A stretch of DNA of 54,707 nucleotides, taken from IMG/VR virus record IMGVR_UViG_3300035698_023471. One strand, 5' to 3'. Under the pieces are notes generated by a model. It did not search any database, was not told the DNA's origin, and saw only the letters and a list, made by a program, of their open reading frames with translations. The DNA is from an uncultured virus (IMG/VR IMGVR_UViG_3300035698_023471) (taxonomy: Duplodnaviria; Heunggongvirae; Uroviricota; Caudoviricetes). The position numbers and the translations under genes are program-made. Numbering within the stretch: the first letter of the stretch is position 1; every line of letters starts with the position of its first letter. Below, one piece after another: positions 9,308-17,882 of this stretch.

Positions 9308-9615
9308 AAATCAAAATTCACGATTCATTACATGAAAAATTATCCTGGTCCGGAAACGAAACTTCTATATTTTTCTTCTTTAACGGTCTGGGTTCTGGAG
9401 TAGCGACTTCTGTGTTCTTCTTCTTTAACGGACTGGGAATCGCAGTCAAGAAAAATAAAAACAGAGTCATTTTTCGAGCAACGAAAAATGACGAAGGGCA
9501 ATTGGAATTCGATTCAAAAATTAGAAAATTTTTGACCTTCGACATTCCGAATAAAAGATTTTCTTATTTCGATTTTTCGAAAAACAACGTTCCGGAAGTG
9601 GATATCCCTCTTTAA
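9304..9615 (+). CDS. MKIKLHN-tag small protein with internal 15-aa duplication
   Basis: starts MKIKIHDS; TS[IV]FFFFNGLG twice. Confidence 0.85.
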   Translation: MKIKIHDSLHEKLSWSGNETSIFFFFNGLGSGVATSVFFFFNGLGIAVKKNKNRVIFRATKNDEGQLEFDSKIRKFLTFDIPNKRFSYFDFSKNNVPEVDIPL

Positions 9616-9616
9616 G

Positions 9617-9886
9617 ATGAAAATCAAACTACACAACTCTACACTCAATTTGGTTCATGCCAGCAATGAATTCGTGACTTCCACGAGCTGGGGTGATGAT
9701 TTCAACAATCTATCTCTCTTCATACATGCAGAATACGATTTCATGCAAATACATCGGCAGGCCAGAGAATACGATCAATTCGCCTATTCTTTCAAAGGAC
9801 GCGATGAGGGAAATTTCTCAATCACTCATCGTGATAAAGATGAAATCTTGGTACAGCTCGTGAGAACGGAAACGGAATTCAAATGA
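9617..9886 (+). CDS. MKIKLHN-tag small protein
   Basis: starts MKIKLHNS. Confidence 0.85.
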   Translation: MKIKLHNSTLNLVHASNEFVTSTSWGDDFNNLSLFIHAEYDFMQIHRQAREYDQFAYSFKGRDEGNFSITHRDKDEILVQLVRTETEFK

Positions 9887-10095
9887 AGCTCAAGGTTCAT
9901 AACTCCTTGTTAGAAGAGAATCCATCTCATTTGAGACTTTCTCAATTCATCGAAGTTCGAGTTAGTCATTTCACTTATATCCTAGAAGTCAACAATTTTT
10001 CTTTCCATTGGAATCATGATGATGAAAACTTCGTCGTCTTCAGCAATGATTATGAAAATGGTTGCCATCAGTGGAGTGAGATGAAATTCAAATGA
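9883..10095 (+). CDS. MKIKLHN-tag small protein
   Basis: starts MKLKVHNS. Confidence 0.85.
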   Translation: MKLKVHNSLLEENPSHLRLSQFIEVRVSHFTYILEVNNFSFHWNHDDENFVVFSNDYENGCHQWSEMKFK

Positions 10096-10367
10096 AACTT
10101 AAAATTCATAATCTATTCGTTCAAAAAAGTAGATATTCAGATTTAAATCATTACTTGAGCTTCAACGATTTGTTTCTGATTCATCATCAAGCAGGAAGAG
10201 AATTGGTGGCCTTCTATGAATTTGATGAACGACAATTTGACTTCGAAGATGTTAAAACTTGGAGTAAATGGGAGGTACACATCAATCACCATTATGGTGA
10301 CGATCTAATTGAATATTTCCACAAAAATATCAGAATGATAGAGTCATGGTCTTGGGACATGCTTTGA
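10092..10367 (+). CDS. MKIKLHN-tag small protein
   Basis: starts MKLKIHNL. Confidence 0.85.
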   Translation: MKLKIHNLFVQKSRYSDLNHYLSFNDLFLIHHQAGRELVAFYEFDERQFDFEDVKTWSKWEVHINHHYGDDLIEYFHKNIRMIESWSWDML

Positions 10368-10368
10368 A

Positions 10369-10602
10369 ATGAAACTAAAATTACACAACATGACAATCCC
10401 CTCTCGAAAGGGTGAAGACTGTTTCATGAAATATTTCACGGTCGGACCCATGAGTTGTTGGAATGGGTCCCAATTCAATACTTTCGTCAATTACTGGTAC
10501 ATCGGAGAAAACAGCAGGATGGCCATCTTGCTATGGAATCCTCATGAAAAAGAACTTGTCAAAACTTCATTCTTCGGATGTAGGTGTGTGTCATTGATAT
10601 GA
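10369..10602 (+). CDS. MKIKLHN-tag small protein
   Basis: starts MKLKLHNM. Confidence 0.85.
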   Translation: MKLKLHNMTIPSRKGEDCFMKYFTVGPMSCWNGSQFNTFVNYWYIGENSRMAILLWNPHEKELVKTSFFGCRCVSLI

Positions 10603-10841
10603 AACTACAAATTCACAATTCATTGTTCAAAGGGAACTTAGACAGATACCCAGGGATCATCTACTTCGACATTTGTGCGAATTGGGCTTGTTGGTTCACT
10701 GACAATTCTTTCAAGTTTAAACGATGTTACATCAGCATTCGGGTCAAAGGCGATCACGAATCATCCACCTACGATTTCGTGAGGAAGGAGTTCGAACATG
10801 AAAGTTCAAGTACACAACTCTCTATCGGTAGGAGTCGATGA
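10599..10841 (+). CDS. MKIKLHN-tag small protein
   Basis: starts MKLQIHNS. Confidence 0.85.
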   Translation: MKLQIHNSLFKGNLDRYPGIIYFDICANWACWFTDNSFKFKRCYISIRVKGDHESSTYDFVRKEFEHESSSTQLSIGRSR

Positions 10842-10992
10842 ACATCCGGAAAAGTCGATTCGTTGGATCACTTTCAAACTCAATTCCAGAAGATTCTGGA
10901 CTTGGACAAATATTTCCCCTTCGGTTTACATCGAAATGGACAAAACTTTTGACAAATATTCCTTCGATTCCACGAAGAAAAGGTTCATATGA
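10798..10992 (+). CDS. MKIKLHN-tag small protein
   Basis: starts MKVQVHNS. Confidence 0.85.
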   Translation: MKVQVHNSLSVGVDEHPEKSIRWITFKLNSRRFWTWTNISPSVYIEMDKTFDKYSFDSTKKRFI

Positions 10993-11240
10993 AACTACAG
11001 ATGCACAACATGTTGACTTCGGAGGGCTGTCAGTTACCTGAATGGAGCGAATTCAATTTCAATCAATTTCGGATCGTCATCAATCAATCTGAAAAGATTT
11101 CCTACAATTTCAGGATCTTCTTCGGACCACTAGGTCCGAAAAGAATTCATCAGTTCATCTTCGAATTTTCTCCATATGGAGAGATGTATTGGGAACAAAT
11201 TGATGATGGAACGGGTTCATGGGGTCGGACTAAACTATGA
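10989..11240 (+). CDS. MKIKLHN-tag small protein
   Basis: starts MKLQMHNM. Confidence 0.85.
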   Translation: MKLQMHNMLTSEGCQLPEWSEFNFNQFRIVINQSEKISYNFRIFFGPLGPKRIHQFIFEFSPYGEMYWEQIDDGTGSWGRTKL

Positions 11241-11476
11241 GAATTAAACTACATAACACTCTGGTGGGGAATGAGGAAAATGGAATCGCCAACGTCGTGT
11301 TGTCAAGGTCCATCGGTTTCGGATACACGCATAGATTCAATGAACTCTACGTCTACGCCATGAGGATAAAATTCGAGGGACTCATTCAGTTCTATTCTCC
11401 GAAGATGAAAATTGTCATCACATACGATCCTTCAGAACAAATTTTCATAAACTTAAACTATTCAAATGAAAATTAG
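11237..11476 (+). CDS. MKIKLHN-tag small protein
   Basis: starts MRIKLHNT. Confidence 0.85.
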   Translation: MRIKLHNTLVGNEENGIANVVLSRSIGFGYTHRFNELYVYAMRIKFEGLIQFYSPKMKIVITYDPSEQIFINLNYSNEN

Positions 11477-11750
11477 GCCACATAACTCATTGTGCATCGA
11501 TTCCGAAGAAGATCCCGGCTTCCTTCTCTTGCAGCACGTCGTGGTCGGAAGAGAATTGCTATCTCACATGGCAAGAATGTTCTTCGGCAATAATGTTTCT
11601 ATCTACACCCGTAAGTTCTGTGTGACATTCTGCAAGGATAGTATGCTCTGCATCTATCCCTATCGCGGATTGAAGAAAGGGAGCAAGGGGCATTTGGACG
11701 ACATCCTCCTAGATTTTAAAAATGAGATCATGATCGAGCTGAACGAATGA
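11466..11750 (+). CDS. MKIKLHN-tag small protein
   Basis: starts MKIRPHNS. Confidence 0.85.
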   Translation: MKIRPHNSLCIDSEEDPGFLLLQHVVVGRELLSHMARMFFGNNVSIYTRKFCVTFCKDSMLCIYPYRGLKKGSKGHLDDILLDFKNEIMIELNE

Positions 11751-11992
11751 AAATTAAGATACACAATCAACTGACAACTGTGGGAAGAAATCCTGAAAAT
11801 GTTTCGATAGTAGCGAAGGGTTTCTTTTTCAATCAATTTTTCATGACCTTCTCTAGAAAGAATCCCCTCATCTATTTCAAGAATCAAATAGATGATGAAA
11901 ATCACGATCATTGTTTTTCGTTACTTCTGAGTGAAAAACAATACTTCTATCATCTTAAACGGGATGATTTCTGGGAGAGATATCGGGTCTGA
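11747..11992 (+). CDS. MKIKLHN-tag small protein
   Basis: starts MKIKIHNQ. Confidence 0.85.
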   Translation: MKIKIHNQLTTVGRNPENVSIVAKGFFFNQFFMTFSRKNPLIYFKNQIDDENHDHCFSLLLSEKQYFYHLKRDDFWERYRV

Positions 11993-12144
11993 TGAAACTC
12001 AAAATTCACAACTCATTGATCGTGCATAGAACTAGAAGACTTTGGCTCTTTCAAGGTGAGATATTTTACTTCGATCAACAATGGAAAACTTTCTTCACCG
12101 CGATAGATGAACCACATGTCCTAGAACTATCGGAATTGCTATGA
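11992..12144 (+). CDS. MKIKLHN-tag small protein (50 aa, below ORF-track cutoff)
   Basis: hand-translated MKLKIHNSLIVHRTRRLWLFQ...ELL*. Confidence 0.8.
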   Translation: MKLKIHNSLIVHRTRRLWLFQGEIFYFDQQWKTFFTAIDEPHVLELSELL

Positions 12145-12425
12145 AAATCAAACTACATGACTCTTTGGTCCTCTTCTTGAAACGAGAAAATCGGCAAAAA
12201 GATTTTCTTCGTTTCAATGATTTGATTGTGTCGATCAGCCCTCCTCCTTGCGATCTCATTCAATTTTCTCATGTTAATAAGTTGTTTTATTTCAAACGCG
12301 AGAGCTATTCTAAATACCATGAAGTCGCCATCCTTCAACATTCTTTTCGAGATGAAAACTTGAAATTCATTGACTTTAAAAATCAACCAGTCCAAATTCG
12401 TGACCGTTGGGGAAATGAAGCATGA
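12141..12425 (+). CDS. MKIKLHN-tag small protein
   Basis: starts MKIKLHDS. Confidence 0.85.
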   Translation: MKIKLHDSLVLFLKRENRQKDFLRFNDLIVSISPPPCDLIQFSHVNKLFYFKRESYSKYHEVAILQHSFRDENLKFIDFKNQPVQIRDRWGNEA

Positions 12426-12673
12426 AAATTCAAATTCACAACTCATTACTATTGCAGAATGATAAATTGAAACTCATGAGATTGAATCAAACTGCCTTGA
12501 GAGGGGGGAGATATAAGGATATCCCCGCCCCTCCTTACATGTATAGTCCCTTCTTCTACATTTACGATGAAAAACGTTTCAGCTCATCTGTTTGGGGAAT
12601 ATCCGACAGTCTTTCAGCCTTGAAGAAGATTCTTCCCGATTGGACCACCGTAGAATGGGAACAAATGTCATGA
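12422..12673 (+). CDS. MKIKLHN-tag small protein
   Basis: starts MKIQIHNS; paralog of next gene. Confidence 0.85.
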   Translation: MKIQIHNSLLLQNDKLKLMRLNQTALRGGRYKDIPAPPYMYSPFFYIYDEKRFSSSVWGISDSLSALKKILPDWTTVEWEQMS

Positions 12674-12924
12674 AAATTCAAATTCACAACTCATTGCTCT
12701 TGCAGAATCAATATCTCGTGAGATTGAATCAATCCGTATTGAAAAGACGAATAGGAAACATGAAAAGAGAAATTTACATTCCTCCTTACATGTTTCACGC
12801 CTTTTCCTACGATTATGAAACGGAAAATTTCAATATGTCGGTTTGGCACATCACTGGTTCGAAAAATTCTACGATCAAGATCAATCGTGATTGGGACAAA
12901 ATGAATTGGAAAAACTTGAGATGA
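12670..12924 (+). CDS. MKIKLHN-tag small protein
   Basis: starts MKIQIHNS. Confidence 0.85.
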   Translation: MKIQIHNSLLLQNQYLVRLNQSVLKRRIGNMKREIYIPPYMFHAFSYDYETENFNMSVWHITGSKNSTIKINRDWDKMNWKNLR

Positions 12925-13181
12925 AAATCAAATTGCACAATCAATTCAAAGATTCTTACAAACATGACTCATACCCTGGAACTTTGTTTAAATTTGGCGA
13001 TGAAATATCGATGACGTTCTCACAACTCAATATTTCATCCATCTTTTACTCATGTCATGACGCTTGCACTTTCCTCGGTTTCAATCATGTCGATGGAAAA
13101 TTCACTGAAGAATCTGGCTTCGGAGATGGTACGAGATATTCGATGAATGAAGATTGGATCGAAACTTGGACGAAAGAATGA
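12921..13181 (+). CDS. MKIKLHN-tag small protein
   Basis: starts MKIKLHNQ. Confidence 0.85.
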   Translation: MKIKLHNQFKDSYKHDSYPGTLFKFGDEISMTFSQLNISSIFYSCHDACTFLGFNHVDGKFTEESGFGDGTRYSMNEDWIETWTKE

Positions 13182-13187
13182 AAAACC

Positions 13188-13400
13188 ATGAAAATCAAAT
13201 TGCACAATCAATTATGTGAGAAGAAAAATTACAAGGGTTACTACTTGTTCGGTATCTTGAAAAGTGAAGAGACATTTCATGTCTGGACCAATGCGGAGAT
13301 GAAAGTCATTCGTCTTCGTGTCGAATTTGACGACCGATTCAATTTCGATGTCTTGGCATTCGACCCCGACACGAGAACCTTCACGGGAGAAAAACCATGA
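13188..13400 (+). CDS. MKIKLHN-tag small protein
   Basis: starts MKIKLHNQ. Confidence 0.85.
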   Translation: MKIKLHNQLCEKKNYKGYYLFGILKSEETFHVWTNAEMKVIRLRVEFDDRFNFDVLAFDPDTRTFTGEKP

Positions 13401-13618
13401 AGATTAAATTGCACAACTATTCGGTGAACCTCAAGGAAGAATCAGTCTTGACCAAGAATTTGATCGTCACTGAAGAGGACATAGTCATCACGAACTTTCA
13501 CGTAGATAGAAACCTCATGACGCTGTGGGCGGGGCAAAGATTCAACCCGCTGAAAATACATCCCTTGAACAACTTGACGATGGGCATCTTTTCCCATGAG
13601 AAGGTGAAATGGGTTTAA
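13397..13618 (+). CDS. MKIKLHN-tag small protein
   Basis: starts MKIKLHNY; paralog of next gene. Confidence 0.85.
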   Translation: MKIKLHNYSVNLKEESVLTKNLIVTEEDIVITNFHVDRNLMTLWAGQRFNPLKIHPLNNLTMGIFSHEKVKWV

Positions 13619-13626
13619 AAACTGAA

Positions 13627-13875
13627 ATGAAGATCAAATTACACAACCTCACGATGGTGACCAAACCGGGGAGCCCTGAAGCCGGCCTCACCGTGAATTT
13701 GGTCGTCATGAATGACCTCATCTTCGTCACGAACTTCTACGTCAATAGACATGTGATGGGTTTGTTTGAAAAACCTGCGGCCATGAAAATGATGAATCTT
13801 TGTCCCACGGATGATTTCACCATCGGCGTCTTTCATGTGGTGAGGAAGGAATGGACTGAGAACCCCTTGACATGA
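13627..13875 (+). CDS. MKIKLHN-tag small protein
   Basis: starts MKIKLHNL. Confidence 0.85.
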   Translation: MKIKLHNLTMVTKPGSPEAGLTVNLVVMNDLIFVTNFYVNRHVMGLFEKPAAMKMMNLCPTDDFTIGVFHVVRKEWTENPLT

Positions 13876-13895
13876 AGGCCCGGATGTGATAGACT
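13867..13895 (+). promoter_or_regulatory. internal sigma70 promoter in the array
   Basis: TTGACA-17-TAGACT with extended TG. Confidence 0.7.
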
Positions 13896-13904
13896 TCAAC
13901 TAAG

Positions 13905-14132
13905 ATGAAACTCAAGGTACACAATTCTCTCATCGAGATTGAAAACAATGACTGTCTGCCATGGAACAGGATGTTCGTGGGCTTTTTTGGGGGTGATATC
14001 ATCTCCATCGCTCAGAGAGGCGATGAAGAAAATTTTCATGACTTGGTCATCGACAGGATCAGAGGCAGATTTTTCATGAAAGAACATGACCTCGATGGAC
14101 ATATGCTGAACTTCTTGGGAGATTTCGGATGA
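13905..14132 (+). CDS. MKIKLHN-tag small protein
   Basis: starts MKLKVHNS. Confidence 0.85.
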   Translation: MKLKVHNSLIEIENNDCLPWNRMFVGFFGGDIISIAQRGDEENFHDLVIDRIRGRFFMKEHDLDGHMLNFLGDFG

Positions 14133-14383
14133 AACTTCGAGTTCACAATTCATTGTTGAGGGCTGAGGCAGATAGTGATAATTTCGTGAACGCTTACTTC
14201 TCCCTCAATCAAATCCTCACTCTCAGAGGGAGAATTGAAATTCATGTCTGGGACGGAATCCATGCCCCCTCCTTCATGATTTTTCATGAAGGTGGGGAGA
14301 TTTCCTTACGTGAAAATGTATTACCGGCTTCTAAAAGACATGAGGAGTTTTTCAATTTTATCTCATGGGAGAATTTAACGTGA
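14129..14383 (+). CDS. MKIKLHN-tag small protein
   Basis: starts MKLRVHNS; close paralog of next gene. Confidence 0.85.
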   Translation: MKLRVHNSLLRAEADSDNFVNAYFSLNQILTLRGRIEIHVWDGIHAPSFMIFHEGGEISLRENVLPASKRHEEFFNFISWENLT

Positions 14384-14685
14384 AACTTCGAGTTCACAAT
14401 TCATTGTTGATGATTGAGGAAGTGGAAGAACTTGTGAGTTCTTACTTCTCCCTCAATCAGGAGGAAGTGGAAGAATTTTCGAGTTCTTACTTCTCCCTCA
14501 ATCGAATCCTCACTCTCAGAGCGAGAATTGAAATTCATGTCTGGGACGGAATCCTTTCAGCCGCCTTCATGACTTTTCATGAGGGAGGGAGGATGACTTT
14601 GAATGAAAGCCATTCTCTCGATCCTAAAAGACTCTTCAATTGGGATAAGATCATGAGCCATATCTCATGGAAGGATCTTAAATGA
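14380..14685 (+). CDS. MKIKLHN-tag small protein with internal 15-aa duplication
   Basis: GTG start, MKLRVHNS; EEVEExxSSYFSLN twice. Confidence 0.85.
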   Translation: MKLRVHNSLLMIEEVEELVSSYFSLNQEEVEEFSSSYFSLNRILTLRARIEIHVWDGILSAAFMTFHEGGRMTLNESHSLDPKRLFNWDKIMSHISWKDLK

Positions 14686-14870
14686 AGATCAAATATCATA
14701 ATCTCTTGGCTGTGGAGATACGTGAAGATGATTCCCATTGTTTCATCTTATCTCAAACACTCATCTGGTTTGGAACGGTTCAACGACAAGCCGTCTTCGT
14801 CTGTGATCGTGAGAATGGATTAGCTCACCTTCGCCTCGATGAGGAGAAGGAACTATCGGAAGTGAACTAA
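14682..14870 (+). CDS. MKIKLHN-tag small protein
   Basis: starts MKIKYHNL. Confidence 0.85.
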   Translation: MKIKYHNLLAVEIREDDSHCFILSQTLIWFGTVQRQAVFVCDRENGLAHLRLDEEKELSEVN

Positions 14871-15049
14871 TGAAGATCAAATATCATAATCTCTTGGCCG
14901 TCGAGAGCGGGGAGGGATTCTTCTCCTTCTCGGATAGTGTCATCTTCCTCGGGGCCTTTCAAGAAACCATCTTCGTGAGTGATGGGTGGAAGTCGTCAGC
15001 TCATCTTTACCTCGATGAGGAGAAGGAGATAATCGACTGTGAGAGTTAA
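14870..15049 (+). CDS. MKIKLHN-tag small protein (59 aa, below ORF-track cutoff)
   Basis: hand-translated MKIKYHNLLAVESGEG...AHLYLDEEKEIIDCES*; paralog of previous gene. Confidence 0.8.
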   Translation: MKIKYHNLLAVESGEGFFSFSDSVIFLGAFQETIFVSDGWKSSAHLYLDEEKEIIDCES

Positions 15050-15323
15050 AATTCACAACTCATTATGTCTGATCGAAGCCGATCATGATCCAACTTATGA
15101 ATCATGGGGGATCGTGAATAGAAATAAATATTGCGTCGTCATTCATTTAAGCTTCGAAGAGAATCATATTTACGTCATGGAGAAGGATTGGTCTTTGTTC
15201 AGACTCGATGTGAGGAAGAAAAACTTGGACTGGATCATGACGGATGAAGGTTATGACATGTTTTTCAGATTCGAGTCCTCTGGGAAGGACATCAACTCTT
15301 TGTTCGGGGGGAACTGGAAATGA
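15039..15323 (+). CDS. MKIKLHN-tag small protein
   Basis: starts MRVKIHNS. Confidence 0.85.
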   Translation: MRVKIHNSLCLIEADHDPTYESWGIVNRNKYCVVIHLSFEENHIYVMEKDWSLFRLDVRKKNLDWIMTDEGYDMFFRFESSGKDINSLFGGNWK

Positions 15324-15538
15324 AGATCAAATTACACAACTTTTTGATGAGAATTGAGGAGAATCAGCCTTTTGACATTAATAGGAAGTGTCGTCTCGAC
15401 TATCATCATGACACTCTCGGATTAACTGCATTTGTGATGAATGATGGGAAGATTTACATCTTCGGAGCACTCCCCTGTCCAGACTATGTGATCTTCGATT
15501 TGGAGAAGAAGGAACCGGAAGTGACGGACTTGACATGA
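15320..15538 (+). CDS. MKIKLHN-tag small protein
   Basis: starts MKIKLHNF. Confidence 0.85.
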   Translation: MKIKLHNFLMRIEENQPFDINRKCRLDYHHDTLGLTAFVMNDGKIYIFGALPCPDYVIFDLEKKEPEVTDLT

Positions 15539-15831
15539 AGATAAAATTGCATGACTCGATGGCGTTGACCTCGATCCTCCGATCTTATCGTAAGGTAAAT
15601 GACATCATCCTTTGCATTTACGATGATGACGTTCGTTACATCACCGATCATGGATGGTCCTACATGTGCTTTGAGAGGGGCGAACTCCTCTTGATCCTCA
15701 CCGACCATGGTTACAAGAATTTCGTGTCGAAGGAGAGGCAAATCCTCGACTCTCACGATCATTGGCTGGAAGAAGTACCGGATGATTCATTCAAAGAAGC
15801 CAAGGCGAAACTGGAAAGAGAATTCATGTGA
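15535..15831 (+). CDS. MKIKLHN-tag small protein
   Basis: starts MKIKLHDS. Confidence 0.85.
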   Translation: MKIKLHDSMALTSILRSYRKVNDIILCIYDDDVRYITDHGWSYMCFERGELLLILTDHGYKNFVSKERQILDSHDHWLEEVPDDSFKEAKAKLEREFM

Positions 15832-16010
15832 AAATCAAATTACACAATTTATTTCAAGAAAAAATGGAGAGGTCCAGGTTCTTCTGCTTCTTCAAAACTG
15901 AGAAGGTGCATATTTGGTCTTATAGTTATGAAAATTGTGTGTCATTAATGCTCTTACCGACCGTTCTTCCCACATGGAAGTTTTATTCACATGAAAATCA
16001 AATTACATAA
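15828..16010 (+). CDS. MKIKLHN-tag small protein
   Basis: starts MKIKLHNL. Confidence 0.8.
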   Translation: MKIKLHNLFQEKMERSRFFCFFKTEKVHIWSYSYENCVSLMLLPTVLPTWKFYSHENQIT

Positions 16011-16218
16011 CGTCCTGACGGTCGTCAGACCGGAAGGTAATTCTTTCATTCTCATTCAAGATTTAGATGTTTTCGAAAGATTTAAATTCGGATTAAAACG
16101 AAATTATGGGGTAGGGATGATCGGGAGACGTGAGTCATTGATTTACATTTGTTCTTCAGGGCGAAGGGGATTTTACGACATCATTTATGACTTGATCGAC
16201 AAGGAATTTAAGAAATGA
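15991..16218 (+). CDS. MKIKLHN-tag small protein
   Basis: starts MKIKLHNV. Confidence 0.85.
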   Translation: MKIKLHNVLTVVRPEGNSFILIQDLDVFERFKFGLKRNYGVGMIGRRESLIYICSSGRRGFYDIIYDLIDKEFKK

Positions 16219-16421
16219 AAATCAAATTACATAACTTCCTGGCTTTTCATCGGAAGAAGAATAAGTCTTATGAAAGATTCGGCTTTCTTCGTGATGAAGA
16301 TGCCTGGATGATCTGGAGGCATAACGACAATGATGAGATTTACATCTGTCTCGACGACGATGATAAGGGACTTTTAGACTTATCCTTCCATTTGGTCACG
16401 AAGGCTTTTCGCTGGGAGTGA
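16215..16421 (+). CDS. MKIKLHN-tag small protein
   Basis: starts MKIKLHNF. Confidence 0.85.
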   Translation: MKIKLHNFLAFHRKKNKSYERFGFLRDEDAWMIWRHNDNDEIYICLDDDDKGLLDLSFHLVTKAFRWE

Positions 16422-16640
16422 ATGATGAAACTCAAAGTTCACAACTCTCTGCTCGTTCATGAAGTGATCGTCTCGGGCGGTAGAGTTGAATTGTCGGATT
16501 TCAAACTTCATGACATCAATGTGTGGAAATGGTATCATCTCTACCATAGATATAGCAGGGAAGCGAATGTCATGTGTTTCGACGTCAGCGAGATCGACTT
16601 CTCCGGAACTTTTGATTATGAGGAGAAGGAATTTCAATGA
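16422..16640 (+). CDS. MKIKLHN-tag small protein
   Basis: starts (M)MKLKVHNS. Confidence 0.85.
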   Translation: MMKLKVHNSLLVHEVIVSGGRVELSDFKLHDINVWKWYHLYHRYSREANVMCFDVSEIDFSGTFDYEEKEFQ

Positions 16641-16810
16641 GAATCAAAATTCACAATCTCTTTTTCATGAAAACGGAATTGAAGAGCAATTATTCCGCTG
16701 TCGGCTATTTCTGGTACATCGTTGAGGATGAAGAATCCTTCCTCGGGATTCATGTCGATGACGATTACGTTCTATTCTATTCTTTCAAGGGGAAGGAGTT
16801 TGAAGAGTGA
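16637..16810 (+). CDS. MKIKLHN-tag small protein (57 aa, below ORF-track cutoff)
   Basis: hand-translated MRIKIHNLFFMKTELKSNY...GKEFEE*. Confidence 0.8.
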   Translation: MRIKIHNLFFMKTELKSNYSAVGYFWYIVEDEESFLGIHVDDDYVLFYSFKGKEFEE

Positions 16811-17046
16811 AAATCAAATTACATAATTCTTTGCCGCGAGGAAGCGGGGAAGGGGAATGGTTCATTCTCAATGAAGAAATGATCCTCGACTTCGTTTATG
16901 TCAACGGGAAAAAGCCTGATTACATCTCAGGACATCACTTACGCAGGGGAGAATACTTCTCCTACGACATGAAGAAGGGGAAATTCGAGTTTCAGGATCA
17001 GATGGCAAGTATACTCAAGGTGGTGAGGAGGATCATTAAGTCTTGA
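16807..17046 (+). CDS. MKIKLHN-tag small protein
   Basis: starts MKIKLHNS. Confidence 0.85.
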   Translation: MKIKLHNSLPRGSGEGEWFILNEEMILDFVYVNGKKPDYISGHHLRRGEYFSYDMKKGKFEFQDQMASILKVVRRIIKS

Positions 17047-17093
17047 CTGTCGTCAGACTGGAGGCCATCGTCTTGACTGTCGTCAGACTGGAG
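17040..17093 (+). repeat. 24-bp direct repeat (period 30) in an array gap
   Basis: GTCTTGACTGTCGTCAGACTGGAG at 17040 and 17070. Confidence 0.9.
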
Positions 17094-17104
17094 AAAATTG
17101 AGTC

Positions 17105-17371
17105 ATGAAAATCAAAATTCACAATTCTTTGCCGAGAAGCAAAAAATTAAAGATTAAAGAATATACTGAATTTTTCTTTAACAAGTTGAAAATCTTTAAA
17201 GATTACTCGTGTTCAGATTATTATTGTAGAATTTTTCATGGACCAGCTGATAAAGATACCGATCATATCTACATCTATGAATTTGGACCTGAAAACAAAG
17301 TTTGGCATCATGAGGAAATCACGGATGAGACCACATTTCCCATTCATAATTGGAATTGGAAATGTTTCTAA
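17105..17371 (+). CDS. MKIKLHN-tag small protein
   Basis: starts MKIKIHNS. Confidence 0.85.
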   Translation: MKIKIHNSLPRSKKLKIKEYTEFFFNKLKIFKDYSCSDYYCRIFHGPADKDTDHIYIYEFGPENKVWHHEEITDETTFPIHNWNWKCF

Positions 17372-17626
17372 ATGAAAATCAAGCCTCACAATTCTTTGGC
17401 GATTTCAAATTCGTCTGATCGTTTTCATAGAATTAACGATACAGTCGTCTATGTCGATAGCGGTCTCGTCTTCGTGGACATCATGTCTAAGACTTTCTCT
17501 GTCTTTCAATTAGATTTAGAAAAACGAAAATTAGAATTGGCCATGACGAACGATGATTACGATTTTTTTTTCAGATGCAAAGATTATGATATGGATATTG
17601 AAAAATGGTTTGGTTGGGTGAAATGA
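17372..17626 (+). CDS. MKIKLHN-tag small protein
   Basis: starts MKIKPHNS. Confidence 0.85.
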   Translation: MKIKPHNSLAISNSSDRFHRINDTVVYVDSGLVFVDIMSKTFSVFQLDLEKRKLELAMTNDDYDFFFRCKDYDMDIEKWFGWVK

Positions 17627-17627
17627 C

Positions 17628-17882
17628 ATGAAAATCAAAATTCACAATTCTTTGAGGAGGGTTCTTCCGAATGGCGTTTTCCTCCTTCACGGGGGAAGGA
17701 GGACGGTCATCTTATCTGACTTGAAGTATGGAAAAATTGATATTTGGGATGGTAAATTCCTTAATCCATTCATTTGCTTGAGGGATGAATCATTATCCCT
17801 GATTAGAGAACAGGATCATGATCGGGAGGTCGCTTTGAATGTGGTGAGTTTGGCGAGAAGATCTATGGAGGTGATCGAATGA
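17628..17882 (+). CDS. MKIKLHN-tag small protein
   Basis: starts MKIKIHNS. Confidence 0.85.
   Translation: MKIKIHNSLRRVLPNGVFLLHGGRRTVILSDLKYGKIDIWDGKFLNPFICLRDESLSLIREQDHDREVALNVVSLARRSMEVIE

Noticed and set aside
15529..15557. Promoter at TTGACA 15529
   Set aside because: No acceptable -10 element at 17-bp spacing.
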